From positions 21,869-85,868 of the forward strand of contig MHDC01000040.1 in NCBI GenBank assembly GCA_001803415.1: 64,000 nucleotides of DNA, read 5' to 3'. The notes beneath the pieces are model-generated. The model saw nothing but the letters and a program-made list of their open reading frames with translations, was not told the DNA's origin and searched no databases. A program made the translations under genes and the position numbers. Of this stretch, positions 23,443 through 32,353 are shown piece by piece. This DNA is from Microgenomates group bacterium RBG_16_45_19 (lineage in GTDB: Bacteria; Patescibacteriota; Microgenomatia; UBA1400; RBG-16-45-19). Numbering within the stretch: position 1 is the stretch's first letter; each line of letters starts with the position of its first letter.

Positions 23443-24714
23443 ATGCCCGTTATCAAAGCCATCCAAGCCCGAGAAATCCTTGATTGCCGGGGGGTCCCGA
23501 CCATCGAAGCCAACCTCTGGTTAGACAATGGCATCAGTGTCACCACCGCCGTCCCTACCAGTATCTATACCGGCAAACATGAAGCCATGGAACTCAGGGA
23601 TGGCGACCCCCTCCGCTACGCTGGTTTAGGGGTGATTAAGGCCGTTAACCTTATTAACACCACCATCGCCCAGCATTTAATTGGCCGGGATCCTTCCCAG
23701 CAAGGTGACATTGACCGCTTGCTGATTCAATTGGACGGCACTCCCGACAAACATCAATTTGGGGCCAATACCATGCTGGCTGTCTCCCAAGCCGTCTGCA
23801 AAGCCGGAGCCGCCATGTACCATCTCCCCGTCTACGCCTATTTAGCCCACAAGTATCGCTTGGTTTATGGCGCTTTAACCATTCCCACCCCCGCTTTCAA
23901 CGTCATCAACGGCGGTAAACACGGCGCCGGCAATCTTGATTTCCAGGAGTTTCTCTTAGTGCCTTCCAGCCGTTTTCGCTTTGACCAAGGTTTACAAATC
24001 GGGGTCGAAATTTTTTACGAACTGGAACGTCAATTGATCAATAAAAACGCCATCCACTCGGTCGGGGTTGAAGGCGGCTTTGCCCCCAACCTCTTTACTA
24101 ACCTAGATGCCCTCGAGATCATTATTCAGACCATTCAAAACACCAATCACCAGTACGGCCACGACGTTTTCTTAGGCTTGGACGTGGCCGCCAGCACTTT
24201 TCAGAAAGGCTCTAAGTACGCCATCAAAGACCGCTCTCAGCCTTTTTCCGGAAAGGAATTCGTCAGTTATTATCAGGACCTCAACGACGACTATCATATT
24301 TTCTCTTTAGAAGATCCTTTTGGTGATGACGATTGGCGCAGTTGGATCGACTTGACCATGGAGATGGGCCAAAAGGTCTTAATTATCGGCGACGATTTGA
24401 TCACCTCCAATAAAGAACGTTTAATTAAAGCCATTCGGGACAAAGCTTGTACCGCGGTTTTGGTCAAACCTAACCAAATCGGGACCATTACCGAATCGGT
24501 TGAAGTCGTTAAGATCGCCAAAGATGCCCACTTCACCGTCATGGCTTCCTGCCGCTCCGGGGAAACTACCGATACTTTCATCGCTGATTTCGCCGTTGGT
24601 GTCGGCGCCGAGTATGCCAAATTTGGCGCTCCTAGCCGTGGCGAACGTATCATCAAATATAATCGCCTGCTGCGTATTGAGGCTGAGCTTAATCCCCAAA
24701 CTCAAGGAGCTTGA
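23443..24714 (+). CDS. eno: Enolase
   Basis: AREILD.RG.PT, NGGKH, QEF, GDDL, KPNQIG, RSGET and KYNRLLRIE. Confidence 0.95.
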   Translation: MPVIKAIQAREILDCRGVPTIEANLWLDNGISVTTAVPTSIYTGKHEAMELRDGDPLRYAGLGVIKAVNLINTTIAQHLIGRDPSQQGDIDRLLIQLDGTPDKHQFGANTMLAVSQAVCKAGAAMYHLPVYAYLAHKYRLVYGALTIPTPAFNVINGGKHGAGNLDFQEFLLVPSSRFRFDQGLQIGVEIFYELERQLINKNAIHSVGVEGGFAPNLFTNLDALEIIIQTIQNTNHQYGHDVFLGLDVAASTFQKGSKYAIKDRSQPFSGKEFVSYYQDLNDDYHIFSLEDPFGDDDWRSWIDLTMEMGQKVLIIGDDLITSNKERLIKAIRDKACTAVLVKPNQIGTITESVEVVKIAKDAHFTVMASCRSGETTDTFIADFAVGVGAEYAKFGAPSRGERIIKYNRLLRIEAELNPQTQGA

Positions 24715-24721
24715 AACCATT

Positions 24722-26365
24722 ATGTCTCGTCCCAAACCGGTAGTTTTGGCCATCCTCGATGGTTGGGGCCTGGCAGCCGCGAATCCCGGTAATGCCATTG
24801 CTTTAGCCAACACCCCTACCTTAGATCTACTTACGGCCAGTTACCCCCACACTCAGTTGGAAGCCGCTGGTGAGGCTGTCGGTTTACCCGGTGGTGAAGA
24901 CGGTAACACCGAAACCGGTCATTTGAATCTGGGTGCCGGCCAAATTGTTTATCAAGACTTACCCCGAATTAACCAAGCCATCGCCGAAGGTCGGTTTGAC
25001 CACAACCCCCAGTTTCTGGCGGCCTTGGCTCACACCCAACGGTTTAAAAGTCGCTTGCATTTGATTGGCTTAATCGGCTCTGGTGGGGTCCATAGTTCGT
25101 TGAACCATCTTTATGCCTTAATCCACTGGTGCGTTACTCACCGCTTGAACAATGTCGTTCTCCACCTAATCACCGACGGTCGTGATTCACCGCCCACTTC
25201 AGCCATCAACTTTCTTACCCCCATTAAGACCAAACTCAAAGAAACTTCCATTGGGGTGATCGGCACCATTATTGGTCGCTATTACGCCATGGATCGCGAT
25301 CATCACTGGGACCGAACGGCTATCGCCTATCAAGCTTTAACTCAAGGATTGGGTCGACCGGCTCACAAGCCAGAAGCAGCCATCCTCGCTTCCTACCAAC
25401 AGCAAATTACGGATGAATTTATTCAGCCGATAATTTTAGTTGACCAACAACAGCAGCCTTTAGGTTTAATCCGCGACCATGACGCTGTCATCTTTTATAA
25501 TTTCCGCATTGACCGGCCACGTCAATTGACCAAAGCTTTTGTCTTGCCCGATTTAAACTATGCCTTAACTCAGCCGGAAGGTTTTGACCCCTATGCCATC
25601 AAGTATTACAAATCCCACCTGCCGCCCCGGCCTGCCATCGGTGAGCGAGTTTTTGAACGCCGGGTCTACTTAAAAAATTTGGCTTTTGTAACCATGACTG
25701 AATATGAGAAAGGCTTGCCTGTCGCCGTCGCTTTCCCGCCCCAGACCGTTGATATGCCCCTCGGGCGGGTGGTGGCCGAAATGGGCTTAAGACAGTTGCG
25801 TTTAGCCGAAACCGAAAAAGAACGCTTTGTCACCTATTATTTTAACGGCCAACGAGAGGATCCTTTCCCGGGTGAAGATCGGATTATTATTCCCTCACCC
25901 CCGGTGGCCACCTATGATCAAAAGCCGGAAATGTCCTCAATTGCCTTGACCCAGACCTTAATTGAACGAGTCCATGCCGCCATGTATGACCTGATCGTCG
26001 TTAACTATGCCAATCCGGATATGGTTGGTCATACCGGCAATCTCCAGGCTGCCATCAAAGCCTGTGAGATAACCGACACTAACCTGATGCGCTTAACCGA
26101 CGTCGTTATGGCTATTGGCGGCGTCGTCTTGATCACCGCTGACCACGGCAATGTCGAAGAAATGATTAACTTGGAAACTAACGCTGTCGATACCGAACAT
26201 TCCAATAACCCCGTCCCTCTCCTCATTGTCGGCAATCGCTATCAAAATCAACTCGCGGCGCTGCCGCCGGGTATCTTGGCCGACGTGGCACCTACTATCC
26301 TCCAGGTGATGGAACTCCCTCAACCCTCCACTATGTCCGGCCAATCTCGGCTCAAATCCCTATGA
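24722..26365 (+). CDS. gpmI: 2,3-BPG-independent phosphoglycerate mutase
   Basis: LAILDGWG, GNTETGH, DGRD, GRYYAMDRD, NPDMVGHTG and TADHGN. The ATG at 24722 is preferred over the track start at 24500. Confidence 0.96.
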   Translation: MSRPKPVVLAILDGWGLAAANPGNAIALANTPTLDLLTASYPHTQLEAAGEAVGLPGGEDGNTETGHLNLGAGQIVYQDLPRINQAIAEGRFDHNPQFLAALAHTQRFKSRLHLIGLIGSGGVHSSLNHLYALIHWCVTHRLNNVVLHLITDGRDSPPTSAINFLTPIKTKLKETSIGVIGTIIGRYYAMDRDHHWDRTAIAYQALTQGLGRPAHKPEAAILASYQQQITDEFIQPIILVDQQQQPLGLIRDHDAVIFYNFRIDRPRQLTKAFVLPDLNYALTQPEGFDPYAIKYYKSHLPPRPAIGERVFERRVYLKNLAFVTMTEYEKGLPVAVAFPPQTVDMPLGRVVAEMGLRQLRLAETEKERFVTYYFNGQREDPFPGEDRIIIPSPPVATYDQKPEMSSIALTQTLIERVHAAMYDLIVVNYANPDMVGHTGNLQAAIKACEITDTNLMRLTDVVMAIGGVVLITADHGNVEEMINLETNAVDTEHSNNPVPLLIVGNRYQNQLAALPPGILADVAPTILQVMELPQPSTMSGQSRLKSL

Positions 26366-28410
26366 AACCAACCTTAACCAGTCTCTATCAACCCCGCTCC
26401 GTTGCTATTATCGGAGCTTCCCGTTCACCCCAAAAAGTCGGCCACCAACTCCTCAAAAATTTATTAGCGGACGGCTTCTCCGGCCCGGTTTATCCCGTTA
26501 ATCCCCAAGCCCACCGCCTGCTTGACTTACCCTGCTATCCCACCGTTACCGCCCTGCCTCGGGTCCCTGATTTGGCGGTCATCGCCACTCCGGCACCGCT
26601 GGTTTTACCCATCTTGACCGAAGCCACCGCCATCGGTATCCCTTCGGCCGTGATTATTTCCGCCGGCTTTGCCGAAGCCAATCTCGCCGGTCAAACCCGC
26701 CAACGTGAGTTAGTCACTTTTCTTAAAACCGCTGCCATTAACGTCCTCGGGCCCAATAGCTTGGGCGTGCTAAATCCCGACCATCACTTAAATGCCGCTT
26801 TCGGCCCACCCTTACCGCCGTCCGGTCCGGTTTGGTTAATTTCCCAGTCGGGTGCCTTAATTACCAGCGTCTTTGACTGGGCTAAGGCCACCGGAGTCGG
26901 CTTTACTGCCGCCTTTTCCTTAGGCAATCGCGTCGACGTCAACGAGAATCACCTCCTGAGCTTAGCTGCCCGCGACCACCGGACTCGAGTTATTGCCGTT
27001 TATTTGGAGTCTTTGTCCCAACCCACCACCTTTTTTGCCCAGGCCTCAACTATCACCCCGCATAAACCGATTATTCTCCTCAAGGGGGGTCAATCACCCC
27101 AAGGCTATCAAGCCTCGGCTTCCCATACCGCCGCTTTAGCCTCTAATCCGGTCCTCCTTCAAGCTTTCGCTCAACAGACTCAGGTGATCTTGGCCGATAC
27201 CATCGAAACCTGGTTAAGTGGTATCCATTTAGCCACTCTTTACCCCAAAATTAAGGGTCTGAACTTGGGACTGGTCACTAATGCTGGTGGTCCAGCCGTG
27301 GTCGCTGCCGACCACGCTGCCACCCAGCATTTGTCATTACCGTCTTTTTCCAGTCAAACTGTTCGTCGGCTGCACCGCTTGGGTGTGACTGTGGTTCATA
27401 ATCCCCTGGACGTTTTGGGTGATGCTCCTCCGTCTTTAATTGCTGAAGCCACCAAAATTGGTTTAGCCGATCCCGCCATTGACCAACTCTTAACCATCAT
27501 CACTCCGCAAACCATGACTCAACCGATACGCACCGCTCGGCTGTTAAGTCAACTTAAAGTTAAAAAACCGTTCCTAGTGAGTTTTATGGGTGGTACTCAA
27601 ATGGCTGGCGCCATCAGTCTCTGCCGCCGCCAAAAATTACCCCATTTTGACTACCCCCACGATGCCCTTAAGGCATTGTCGGTTCTAGCCCATTATCACC
27701 AAGGCCGATCGCTCACCCTGCCCTTTCCCTCACCTCATGGGTCCCACTTAAGCCCAGCCAAACGCCCCCCCTTGCCTCATGAACCGGCCGCGCTCAACCT
27801 GGAAACCGCCTTTTCCCTCCTTCAAGCCTATGGTTTTATTCTCCCCAAATATCGGCTTATCGACCATCTTGAGGCCCTACCTGAAACCTTAAATCTGGTC
27901 GGTCGACCGGCGGTCATGAAGAGTGCCGCCCTGGCTCTAGCTCATAAGCGGGCGGTGGGGGCCATCGCTTTAGATTTAATGACAACCTCTCACGCCCGCC
28001 AAGCTTTTCGCCGCTTAAGTAAATTTCACCCTCAAGTCTTAGTCCAGCAAACCATTCATGCCCCCTTGGAGTTACTCTTGGGTGCTCGTCGTGATCCCGA
28101 TTTTGGTCCTTTTGTCGTTGTCGGTTTGGGTGGTTCCTATGCCAATCAGTTCCCCAACCGTACCTACCTTTTTAGCCCGGTGTCCGTCATGGCCGTCAGG
28201 CGCATTTTGGCTTCGTCCGCGCTCATGCCTTTTTTTCGTCAAGCCCACTTAAATCTTAACCATTTAGTCCAGGCTATCCTCAAACTCCAAACCTTGCTCC
28301 TGGATTACCCCGCCATTGCCGACTTGGAAATCAATCCCCTGATGGGGACACCGGCTAAATTATATGCTGTCGATGTTAAATTAAATTTAACCTTGTCTGA
28401 GGCTGTTTAA
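26362..28410 (+). CDS. ADP-forming acetate--CoA ligase family protein (fused alpha/beta)
   Basis: CoA-binding IIGAS, SQSGA, SHT phospho-His, TNAGG, NPLDV and ATP-grasp DLEINPL. Confidence 0.9.
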   Translation: MKPTLTSLYQPRSVAIIGASRSPQKVGHQLLKNLLADGFSGPVYPVNPQAHRLLDLPCYPTVTALPRVPDLAVIATPAPLVLPILTEATAIGIPSAVIISAGFAEANLAGQTRQRELVTFLKTAAINVLGPNSLGVLNPDHHLNAAFGPPLPPSGPVWLISQSGALITSVFDWAKATGVGFTAAFSLGNRVDVNENHLLSLAARDHRTRVIAVYLESLSQPTTFFAQASTITPHKPIILLKGGQSPQGYQASASHTAALASNPVLLQAFAQQTQVILADTIETWLSGIHLATLYPKIKGLNLGLVTNAGGPAVVAADHAATQHLSLPSFSSQTVRRLHRLGVTVVHNPLDVLGDAPPSLIAEATKIGLADPAIDQLLTIITPQTMTQPIRTARLLSQLKVKKPFLVSFMGGTQMAGAISLCRRQKLPHFDYPHDALKALSVLAHYHQGRSLTLPFPSPHGSHLSPAKRPPLPHEPAALNLETAFSLLQAYGFILPKYRLIDHLEALPETLNLVGRPAVMKSAALALAHKRAVGAIALDLMTTSHARQAFRRLSKFHPQVLVQQTIHAPLELLLGARRDPDFGPFVVVGLGGSYANQFPNRTYLFSPVSVMAVRRILASSALMPFFRQAHLNLNHLVQAILKLQTLLLDYPAIADLEINPLMGTPAKLYAVDVKLNLTLSEAV

Positions 28411-28429
28411 CTTGGATACAATAAAGGCT

Positions 28430-30163
28430 ATGTCTCAATCGACCCTCAATTGGAAAATCGTCGGTGCTGCCGGTGAGGGGATTAAATCGACCGGGATGAT
28501 GTTTTCCAAAACCTTACTTCGGTCCGGTTTTTACGCTTTTGATTATACCGAATACCCGTCTTTGATTCGCGGCGGTCATAATACTTATCAAGTCTATGCC
28601 TCCGGCCAACCGGTTTACTCTCAAGTCTTACCCCTCGACTTGTTTATCTCCCTTAACCCTGACGGTCTCAAGTTGCATACCGAGGAATTAACGCCGACTT
28701 CAGTCACTCTCTTTGATGGAGTTGATTTAAAGCTGGACCCAAGGGACCTGAAACTACCCGGTCAAGTTTTTTCGGTGCCTTTGACTCAATTAGCCCGGGA
28801 TGGCGGCGGCGAACGGGTCATGGCCAACAATGTCGCCTTGGGTATCTCGCTCCAATTGCTTCACTTAGATTTAACCATTTTAAACCAAGTCATTGCCGAC
28901 ACTTTCGCTGGTAAAAACCAGGCGGTGGTCAGCCTCAATCAAAAAGCCGCCGCTTTAGGCTACCAATACGCCGCCGAGCATTTATCGCCTTTAGCCATCA
29001 ACTTAATCAAAGCCCCTCAGCCACCGCGTCATAGCCTCACCGGCAACGAAGCCATCGCCTTAGGCTTAATTGCCGGCGGTCTTAAAGCCTATTTGGCCTA
29101 TCCCATGACTCCCTCGTCTTCGATTCTGCATAGCCTGGCCGACTGGCAGGCCAAAGCCAATCTCTTGGTTAAACACGCTGAAGACGAAATTGGAGTTATC
29201 AATATGGCCTTGGGTATGAGTTACGCTGGCATTCGGGCCGCCGTCGGTACTTCCGGTGGGGGTTTCTGCTACATGACGGAAGCCTTGGGTTTGGCCGGCA
29301 TCGCCGAACTCCCCCTGGTTATTATTGAAGCCCAACGTCCCGGGCCAGCCTTGGGTATGCCCACCTGGACCGCTCAAGCCGACCTCTTGTTCGCCATTAA
29401 CGCCGCTCAGGATGAATTTCCCCGGATCGTTTTAGCTCCCGGAGACGTCACTGAAGCCTTTACCTTGGCTAAGCTCAGCTTAACCTTGGCCGAAGAATAT
29501 CAGCTGCCGGTCATTCTCCTCTCTGACAAACATTTGTCCGAAAGCGCTATGTGGGCTACCCTCCCGGCTGGCCCCTTTTCTCACCCTCAAACTTCAATCG
29601 ATCACCAACCGCAACTATCAGATCAGGGCTTTTTCCCTCGCTACCAACCCACACCGACTGGGATCTCTCTCAGAACTATTCCGGGGATACCCCACGGTCA
29701 ATACCTGGCTAACTCCTATGAACACGATCAACATGGCCTGGCCACTGAAACCGCCGCTGTCCGTCAAGTTCAAATGCACAAACGCCAAACTAAACTCAAT
29801 CAGATTCTGTCTCACCTGCCCCAGCAGTTTTACGACGGCTCGGAACACCCACAGCTGACGCTCATCGGTTTCGGTTCCACCAAAACTGTCCTTCAAGCCG
29901 CCGCCCAAACTTTAAAGACCAAAGGCCATGACGTGGCCGTCTTCAATCTCTCTTGGCTCTGGCCATTCCCCAGTGATCAGGTCAACCAAGTCTTTAGCCA
30001 AAGTCAAAATACTCTCATCTTTGAAGGTAACTACACTCAGCAACTGGCTCGCCTTATCCGTCAGCAAACCGGCCTTAAGCCCACTCATCAAGTATCAAAA
30101 TATGACGGCCGTCCCTTTTACCCGCATGAAGTGGTCCAAGCCGCCGAGGAGTTACTCTCATGA
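28430..30163 (+). CDS. 2-oxoacid:ferredoxin oxidoreductase alpha subunit (gamma-alpha fusion)
   Basis: GAAGEG, YPSLIRGGH, YPMTP, EDEI and QRPGPALG. ATG at 28430. Confidence 0.94.
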   Translation: MSQSTLNWKIVGAAGEGIKSTGMMFSKTLLRSGFYAFDYTEYPSLIRGGHNTYQVYASGQPVYSQVLPLDLFISLNPDGLKLHTEELTPTSVTLFDGVDLKLDPRDLKLPGQVFSVPLTQLARDGGGERVMANNVALGISLQLLHLDLTILNQVIADTFAGKNQAVVSLNQKAAALGYQYAAEHLSPLAINLIKAPQPPRHSLTGNEAIALGLIAGGLKAYLAYPMTPSSSILHSLADWQAKANLLVKHAEDEIGVINMALGMSYAGIRAAVGTSGGGFCYMTEALGLAGIAELPLVIIEAQRPGPALGMPTWTAQADLLFAINAAQDEFPRIVLAPGDVTEAFTLAKLSLTLAEEYQLPVILLSDKHLSESAMWATLPAGPFSHPQTSIDHQPQLSDQGFFPRYQPTPTGISLRTIPGIPHGQYLANSYEHDQHGLATETAAVRQVQMHKRQTKLNQILSHLPQQFYDGSEHPQLTLIGFGSTKTVLQAAAQTLKTKGHDVAVFNLSWLWPFPSDQVNQVFSQSQNTLIFEGNYTQQLARLIRQQTGLKPTHQVSKYDGRPFYPHEVVQAAEELLS

Positions 30164-31032
30164 CTGATAACCTTTTCAACGATCCCCAGTCCTTAAATAC
30201 CCTTTATCGGCCGACTTGGTGCCCTGGTTGTGGCAATTTTTCGATCTGGTCCTCAATCAAATCGGCACTCACCCAACTCGGCTTACCCCCGGAGCAGTTA
30301 GTCATCGTTTACGACGTTGGCTGTTCCGGTAATATGGCCGATTTCCTTAAAGTCTACGGCTTTCATGCTCTTCATGGTCGGGCAATCCCGCCAGCTGTCG
30401 GCATCAAATTAGCTAACTCTGACCTTAAAGTTTTGGTGGTTATTGGTGACGGTGGCGGTTATGGCGAAGGCTTGACTCACTTTTTGAATGAAATGCGCGG
30501 TAATCACGATATTACCGTCTTGGTCCATAATAACCACCGCTACTCCTTGACTACCGGCCAGATGAGTCCGACCACTCCCAAAGGCACACCCACCAAATCC
30601 ACTCCTTTTGGTGCTATTGAACAGTCACTTAATCCGGTGGCTTTGGCTTTGGTCAACCATGCTACTTTTATCGCCCGGGAATTCGCCGTCAACGCGGCCG
30701 CTTTAACCGCCCGTTTGGTCGAAGCTATCAACCATCCCGGTTTTGCCGTCATCGATGTTTTGCAACCGTGCTTAGTCTTTAATCCCCAAATGGACACTCG
30801 TTGGTATCTGGACCATTTGGTGGCTTTAACCGATGAGGCTCACGATCCCCATAATCGCTCCCTAGCCTTAACTCAAGCCTTACGTCCCGACAAAATTGCC
30901 GTCGGTCTGTTCTGGCAAGACTCGCAACCCCAAGCCTATCACCAGGAAGACATCACTTTAAAAAATGGGCCCTTAGTCAGACACAGCCTCGACCATATCG
31001 ACCTGACCCCTTTGTTGGTTCCCTTTGCTTAA
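30160..31032 (+). CDS. 2-oxoacid:ferredoxin oxidoreductase beta subunit
   Basis: WCPGCG, HGRA, TPP motif GDGG...NN, and LTTGQ.SPT. Confidence 0.95.
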   Translation: MTDNLFNDPQSLNTLYRPTWCPGCGNFSIWSSIKSALTQLGLPPEQLVIVYDVGCSGNMADFLKVYGFHALHGRAIPPAVGIKLANSDLKVLVVIGDGGGYGEGLTHFLNEMRGNHDITVLVHNNHRYSLTTGQMSPTTPKGTPTKSTPFGAIEQSLNPVALALVNHATFIAREFAVNAAALTARLVEAINHPGFAVIDVLQPCLVFNPQMDTRWYLDHLVALTDEAHDPHNRSLALTQALRPDKIAVGLFWQDSQPQAYHQEDITLKNGPLVRHSLDHIDLTPLLVPFA

Positions 31033-31048
31033 AACTTGGTGATTGCCT

Positions 31049-31663
31049 ATGTTTAATTTTCTCCTGCATTTGGACCAACACCTTTATGCCCTCACCACCG
31101 CTTATGGTGGCTTAACTTACCTGATTCTCTTCCTCATTATCTTTGCCGAAACTGGACTAGTTTTCTTTCCTTTCTTACCCGGTGATTCACTCCTGTTTGC
31201 CGCCGGCGCCGTGGCTGCCTTAGGTGGTCTTAACCTTTTTGTCCTCCTGGTGGTGCTGACTTCGGCCGCCGTCCTAGGGGATACGGTTAATTATTGGATT
31301 GGCCATTATTTTGGCGAGCGCCTGATCCAACACCGTCGTTCCCCCCTTAAACCAGAGTCATTAGCCAAAACCCATCGTTTCTTTCAAAAACACGGCCAGA
31401 AAACTATCATCTTGGCTCGTTTTGTCCCGTTGGTCCGGACTTTCGCTCCCTTTATCGCCGGCCTCGGTACCATGGACTACCGCCCCTTTTTGATTTATAA
31501 CCTGATTGGTGGCGTCGCTTGGGTTAGCCTGTTTACCTTAACCGGTTACTTTTTTGGCAACCTGGCCATCGTTAAAAGTAATTTCTCCCTGATTATAATC
31601 ACCATCATTTTCATTTCCCTGCTGCCTATGGCCTACGAAGCCTGGCGGTCTCGTTTTAGTTAA
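31049..31663 (+). CDS. DedA family membrane protein
   Basis: FAETGL..PFLPGDSLLF and ARFVPLVRTFAPFIAG. Confidence 0.95.
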   Translation: MFNFLLHLDQHLYALTTAYGGLTYLILFLIIFAETGLVFFPFLPGDSLLFAAGAVAALGGLNLFVLLVVLTSAAVLGDTVNYWIGHYFGERLIQHRRSPLKPESLAKTHRFFQKHGQKTIILARFVPLVRTFAPFIAGLGTMDYRPFLIYNLIGGVAWVSLFTLTGYFFGNLAIVKSNFSLIIITIIFISLLPMAYEAWRSRFS

Positions 31664-32276
31664 CGTATTTTCTGACCACTCCCACTACTCGACCCTGAAT
31701 TCTCACTCGGGTAGCAAAGATCGGCGCCATGGCTGAATTGGCCGGTTCCAAGCGGACGCGGGTGGCTTCCTTAAAAAAGCGCTTCAACGTTGCCAAACCA
31801 TTATCCAGTAAAGCCACCACAATATCGCCATTATTCACCTGACTCTGCTCCTCCACCACCACGTAGTCACCGTCTAAGATGCCTTCTTCAATCATGGAAT
31901 CACCTTTGACCTGTAACACGTAAGATCGTTTCTGGCCACTGATCATTGCTGGTGAGACTTGAAACGTAGCGTTGGGATCGGTATGGGGTTCGATCGGCTG
32001 ACCGGCCGCAATAAACCCTAACACTGGCAAAGTAATCCCGGCTAAACTCCGATCCAAGCTGTCATCGGTAATTTCCAACCCCCGGACTGAGCCTTCATAC
32101 TTTTTAATCACCCCTTTGCGGTCCAAGGCCTGTAAGTGTTCGTGGACGGTGGCCAAACTGGAGACACCGATGGCATCGGCAATTTCCTGTAGAGTAGGGG
32201 AGTAACCGTTTTTCTGGATGTACTGGGTAATAAATTCAACAATTTGACGCTGACGTCTATATAAGGTGACTGGCAT
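31656..32276 (-). CDS. lexA: SOS repressor LexA
   Basis: Winged HTH (PTLQEIA), Ala-Gly cleavage site IAAGQP, catalytic GDSM and ATLK. ATG at 32276 after AGGAG. Confidence 0.96.
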   Translation of the reverse strand: MPVTLYRRQRQIVEFITQYIQKNGYSPTLQEIADAIGVSSLATVHEHLQALDRKGVIKKYEGSVRGLEITDDSLDRSLAGITLPVLGFIAAGQPIEPHTDPNATFQVSPAMISGQKRSYVLQVKGDSMIEEGILDGDYVVVEEQSQVNNGDIVVALLDNGLATLKRFFKEATRVRLEPANSAMAPIFATRVRIQGRVVGVVRKYVN

Positions 32277-32289
32277 AATCCTCCTGTTT

Positions 32290-32347
32290 CGATAATACTT
32301 CGCCCGAAATAAACCCGTCAACTAGCACATTCTGGATCAAGTATAAT
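32290..32347. promoter_or_regulatory. Divergent lexA/uvrB promoters with two candidate LexA boxes
   Basis: lexA (minus strand): TTGACG, 18-bp spacer, TATTAT. uvrB: TATAAT at 32342. Imperfect palindromes CGATAATACTTCG (32290) and CGAAATAAACCCG (32305). Confidence 0.55.
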
Positions 32348-32353
32348 TAGGCC

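Noticed and set aside
24500..24721. 74-aa N-terminal extension of GpmI overlapping eno
   Set aside because: Homology starts at the ATG at 24722 after AAGGAG. The extension is an artefact of taking the longest ORF.
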